Assembly: GCA_040437565.1 (NCBI GenBank)
Contig: JBDOQK010000007.1
Span: 186,001-250,000 of the forward strand
Direction of reading: 5' to 3'
Source of the DNA: Albugo candida
Lineage: Eukaryota
DNA length: 64,000 nucleotides
The notes under the pieces: generated by a model
The model's database searches: none
What the model was told of the DNA's origin: nothing
What the model saw: only the letters and a program-made list of their open reading frames with translations
In this document: positions 60,771 through 64,000 of the stretch, in pieces
Layout of the letters: every line of letters starts with the position of its first letter
How positions within the stretch are numbered: position 1 is the first letter of the stretch
Program-made: the position numbers and the translations under genes

Positions 60771-62282
60771 ATGTCGGAAGAAGAATGCGAAATTTCCACA
60801 CCTTATTGTAATCCAACTGCCTTTGGTATAAATATTTTGATATGTATGCTTCTGATTGCTACTGCAGGGATGATGGCTGGTCTCACAATGGGGCTGTTAT
60901 CGCTTGACAAATTGAATATTCTCATTCTTAAGATGGAAGGCTCACTTCTCGAGAAGCGATACGCTGCAAAAGTTGCTCCAATAGTAGACCGTCATCATTT
61001 TCTTCTGGTTACTCTTCTTCTCGTCAATGCGGGCGCTAACGAAGCGCTGCCGATATTTCTGAATCGACTTGTGCCGGAAGCAATTTCCATATTACTATCA
61101 GTGACCTGTGTCCTTTTGTTCGGAGAGATATTACCCTCCGCGATCTTCACAGGACCTCAGCAGCTTCAAATTGCGGCATTTCTTTCTCCACTTGTCAAGT
61201 TTCTGATGATTGTTACATCGCCCATTTCATATCCGATCAGCAAGGTTCTCGACTATTGTTTTGGCGACGATCATGCGTTACAAAAATACAAAAGAAATGA
61301 ATTGAAGGCTTTGATCGCATTGCAGAAAGAAAGTCAACAGGCAAAATTGCATCGTCTCGATCGGGCGAGGATGGAAGCAAATATACCATATTGTCGCTCA
61401 TTCAGCAAAGGAACGTTCACCAAAGTAGATATCGCAGACTACGGGAATCTAAATTCAGAATTTCCAACTCCGCACAGAGAACTACATTCGGCTCATGGTA
61501 CGCGCCTACATCTTGATGAAGTGACGATCATCCATGGGGCATTGGATTTATCTTCGAAAACCGTTGTCGAAGTAATGATTCCAATAGCAAAAGTATATAT
61601 GCTAGAGCATAGTACTAAGCTGAATCAAAACGTGATGGCGGATATCCTAGCATCGGGGCACAGCCGTATCCCAGTTTACAAAGAGCATCCGTCGAACATC
61701 ATAGGTCTATTGCTTGTCAAAAGACTGATCGTCGTGGATCCAGATGATCAACGTGCCGTAAAAGATTTGTGTCTTCGAAAACCAATTGTTACGACACCAG
61801 ATGAGTCATGCTATTCCATTTTAAACGAATTTCAGAAAGGAAGGTCCCACATTGCATTACTGACAAAAGAAGCGCAGATTGTCGAAAAGTGCTGGGAAGA
61901 AGAGAAAGACATACCACCAAATGTGGAATTTGTCGGAATTGTGACGATCGAAGACGTTATTGAGGAGCTGATACAAGAAGAAATTGAAGATGAATCGGAT
62001 ATGTACGTGCAAGGGATAGTAAATCACTGGCGATCAAAAGCGAAGAAGCATACTTTTCACCCAGCCGGAAAATCTTTTGTCAAAACGAAGCTGAAGGCTT
62101 TGGCAGAGCGCGCTCGTCTTCGCGTACGGGATCGAAAGCTTCTATTGTCTGGCTCCGATCTGGACGATTTGAGGAATCGATCGATGATACAAGTGTTGTC
62201 ACCATCCCATTTCGTAGGTCATTCCGATTCTACGCAGCACCTTGAAATTATATCGGAGTCAACTCCGTTGATTAATCAGTGA
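60771..62282 (+). CDS. CNNM/DUF21-CBS protein, copy 2 (probably an assembly duplicate)
   Basis: Translation identical to 57070-58581. Confidence 0.55.
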   Translation: MSEEECEISTPYCNPTAFGINILICMLLIATAGMMAGLTMGLLSLDKLNILILKMEGSLLEKRYAAKVAPIVDRHHFLLVTLLLVNAGANEALPIFLNRLVPEAISILLSVTCVLLFGEILPSAIFTGPQQLQIAAFLSPLVKFLMIVTSPISYPISKVLDYCFGDDHALQKYKRNELKALIALQKESQQAKLHRLDRARMEANIPYCRSFSKGTFTKVDIADYGNLNSEFPTPHRELHSAHGTRLHLDEVTIIHGALDLSSKTVVEVMIPIAKVYMLEHSTKLNQNVMADILASGHSRIPVYKEHPSNIIGLLLVKRLIVVDPDDQRAVKDLCLRKPIVTTPDESCYSILNEFQKGRSHIALLTKEAQIVEKCWEEEKDIPPNVEFVGIVTIEDVIEELIQEEIEDESDMYVQGIVNHWRSKAKKHTFHPAGKSFVKTKLKALAERARLRVRDRKLLLSGSDLDDLRNRSMIQVLSPSHFVGHSDSTQHLEIISESTPLINQ

Positions 62283-62480
62283 TTCAAGAATGTATTTGAT
62301 GACACATTGCATCTGCCTTTGTCTTTCTATGTATTACGTGGCCTTGACCAAGGGTAGGAATGAATCACAGAATTATTTCAAAGAACAATAGCGCGTTTTC
62401 TTCTCGCAATATATTCGGTAAAAACTTTGTAAAAATCGCTGTTACATGGTCATCGCTATCTAAGCAAGAATTCAATCCGG

Positions 62481-63602
62481 TCAGAAAACTCGTACTTTCG
62501 AGAAAAAGCTTGCTTTCTTCCTATTTGTTGGTGGCAACTCTTTCTCGAGCTTTTCCTTCAAAACTTTTTGTCCAAGCTGTGAACAGAATGGCTTTACGTC
62601 CTGCTTCAGCACTGCGAGTGTGCTATCTTTGATGGGTTGGAACATAGATCGTTCCGGGCATCCAAGACGTAACTGAGCAAATTTTCGATCCAATGCAGTG
62701 CATGAGACCTCAAAAGGTGATCCAGGGGCCAAGAAGTACAGATATATGTTCCATGCATACGCCTTCAAATCATCGCCTATCTTTCGATCCGCTAAATGCT
62801 CGAACCGTAAAATATGATGAGTGCACTTGAGATTCTCCGCTTTGAATTCTATCAGAATATGAAAACAACTTTGACAAAACGTTCACGAAAATATGCATTT
62901 ACTGTTTTCCAAGTACTCCAGCATTTCTTGAAACAAAATTTTGTCGTTCAAAATCTCGTCCAGTGAGTACTCGCTGGATGAGTTAATGCGCTCTTCTGTT
63001 AAAACTATTTTTGTTGGCAGATCATTATCAAAAGCCGCATCTTCAAGTGTATCCGTGCTCATCTTTTCAAGTGCTGCACGAAATACTGATTCCATATCTT
63101 TGAATTGAGGCGACTTCAAAAATCTGCCCAATGTATCCTTTTGAAGTGTCTTCACAGCATCTTTGACAGCAACTTCAAACAAATTTTGACGATAAACTCC
63201 AGGAAATTTCAAGCGTTCCATTGTGATCAATCGATCTTCCGATGGTAAGCTTACTTCACTAGGGGAATTAGTAGATAGAAATTCGGCCCATATAGTCTCT
63301 GCTAGGTTCTTGCATGTTACGGCGGCTTCGGGATCTCGAAAGTCGAGAATGGCACATTGATCCTTAAATTTATCAACGGCCATAAAGAAATTCAAATTCT
63401 CAGCACAGTACTATCAATACGATAAAAACAATGAGTAGATCGCAGTCAGTAAAATTTATAAGCATACTTGTTTTTGACAAAAGTCTAAGAGATAACCGCA
63501 TGAAATCGGATTTTGCACAATGTCGTCAATGGATAAATCCCGTCCTTTTTCGTCAAGTACACGTAGCAGACTCTCAATCTCATTCTTCCCTGTTCTAGAC
63601 AT
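62481..63602 (-). CDS. Tandem-RGS protein, copy 2 (probably an assembly duplicate)
   Basis: Identical to 58780-59901; this copy continues into unique upstream sequence. Confidence 0.55.
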
Positions 63603-64000
63603 CCCAACTCTGTCTATGCCTTGAGCGATTCAAAACACTACTTCTCAACGAGTTTTATCTCGTGACGGTTCGGCTTGATTGACGTTTCAAAACTTCGATC
63701 AAGTTTTTTTTATGCATTATAAGCGCAATTTTCTCATGGATGGTTAGTGTTGACAGGACTAGGAATGTGGTAGATGAACGATAGTGGTAATGGCCTTTCA
63801 CAAGCTTTTCTAATTGCAGGCCAAGATTTGCTTTGACTTGTGTCAGATTGATATCACTCGTTAGGACTGTTCATTATGAGAACATTAATCTAGGTAATGA
63901 TACTAATTTTGAAACGATTGGGTTGATCGTTAATGTCAGATTAATCGCTCGCGCAACATGAACTTTGATACACCTTTTCTTAGTTTAGGAACCGATGCGT

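Larger units (their letters stand above)
60052..63652. repeat. 3601-bp direct copy of 56351-59951 across a 100-N gap
   Basis: All ORFs recur with identical translations at an offset of 3701 (3601 + 100 N). Confidence 0.92.

Noticed and set aside
1-64000. CRISPR arrays, tRNA/rRNA genes, intact transposons, non-canonical introns
   Set aside because: None recognised by eye; every intron I resolved is GT-AG. Small ncRNAs cannot be excluded without covariance-model searches.

Overview
Gene-dense eukaryotic scaffold, almost certainly from an oomycete and most like Albugo. This is an inference from the roughly 45-60 nt GT-AG introns, very short intergenic gaps, an M82/CD36 gene, a POP-type polymerase and a Crinkler relic with the LYLAK motif variant. 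It holds about 27 distinct protein genes, mostly housekeeping: SMC4, SEC-type OGT, APH-1, a tail-anchored FKBP, PP2A B'', a TOM1-like VHS protein, ADPRM, importin-9, organellar DNA polymerase, IAH1, LYAR, thioredoxin, acetyl-CoA synthetase, MRPL24, VPS20, CNNM/DUF21 and a tandem-RGS protein. One gene-poor island (about 28.2-34.6 kb) contains a frameshifted Crinkler (CRN) REase-kinase effector pseudogene that the ORF track hides, plus weaker relics. There are eleven 100-N scaffold gaps. Most are flanked by unmerged overlaps, including a 3.6 kb apparent tandem duplication and a fold-back chimera inside OGT, and I treat these as assembly artefacts. I found no RNA genes, CRISPR arrays or intact mobile elements. 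I cannot support a wholly new biological system. The best leads are the CRN pseudogene island, a CLASP/TOG protein with an SxIP motif and a 71-aa tandem-repeat coiled coil, a soluble double-RGS protein and a LEA-like protein. All family calls are from motif recognition by eye, not database searches.
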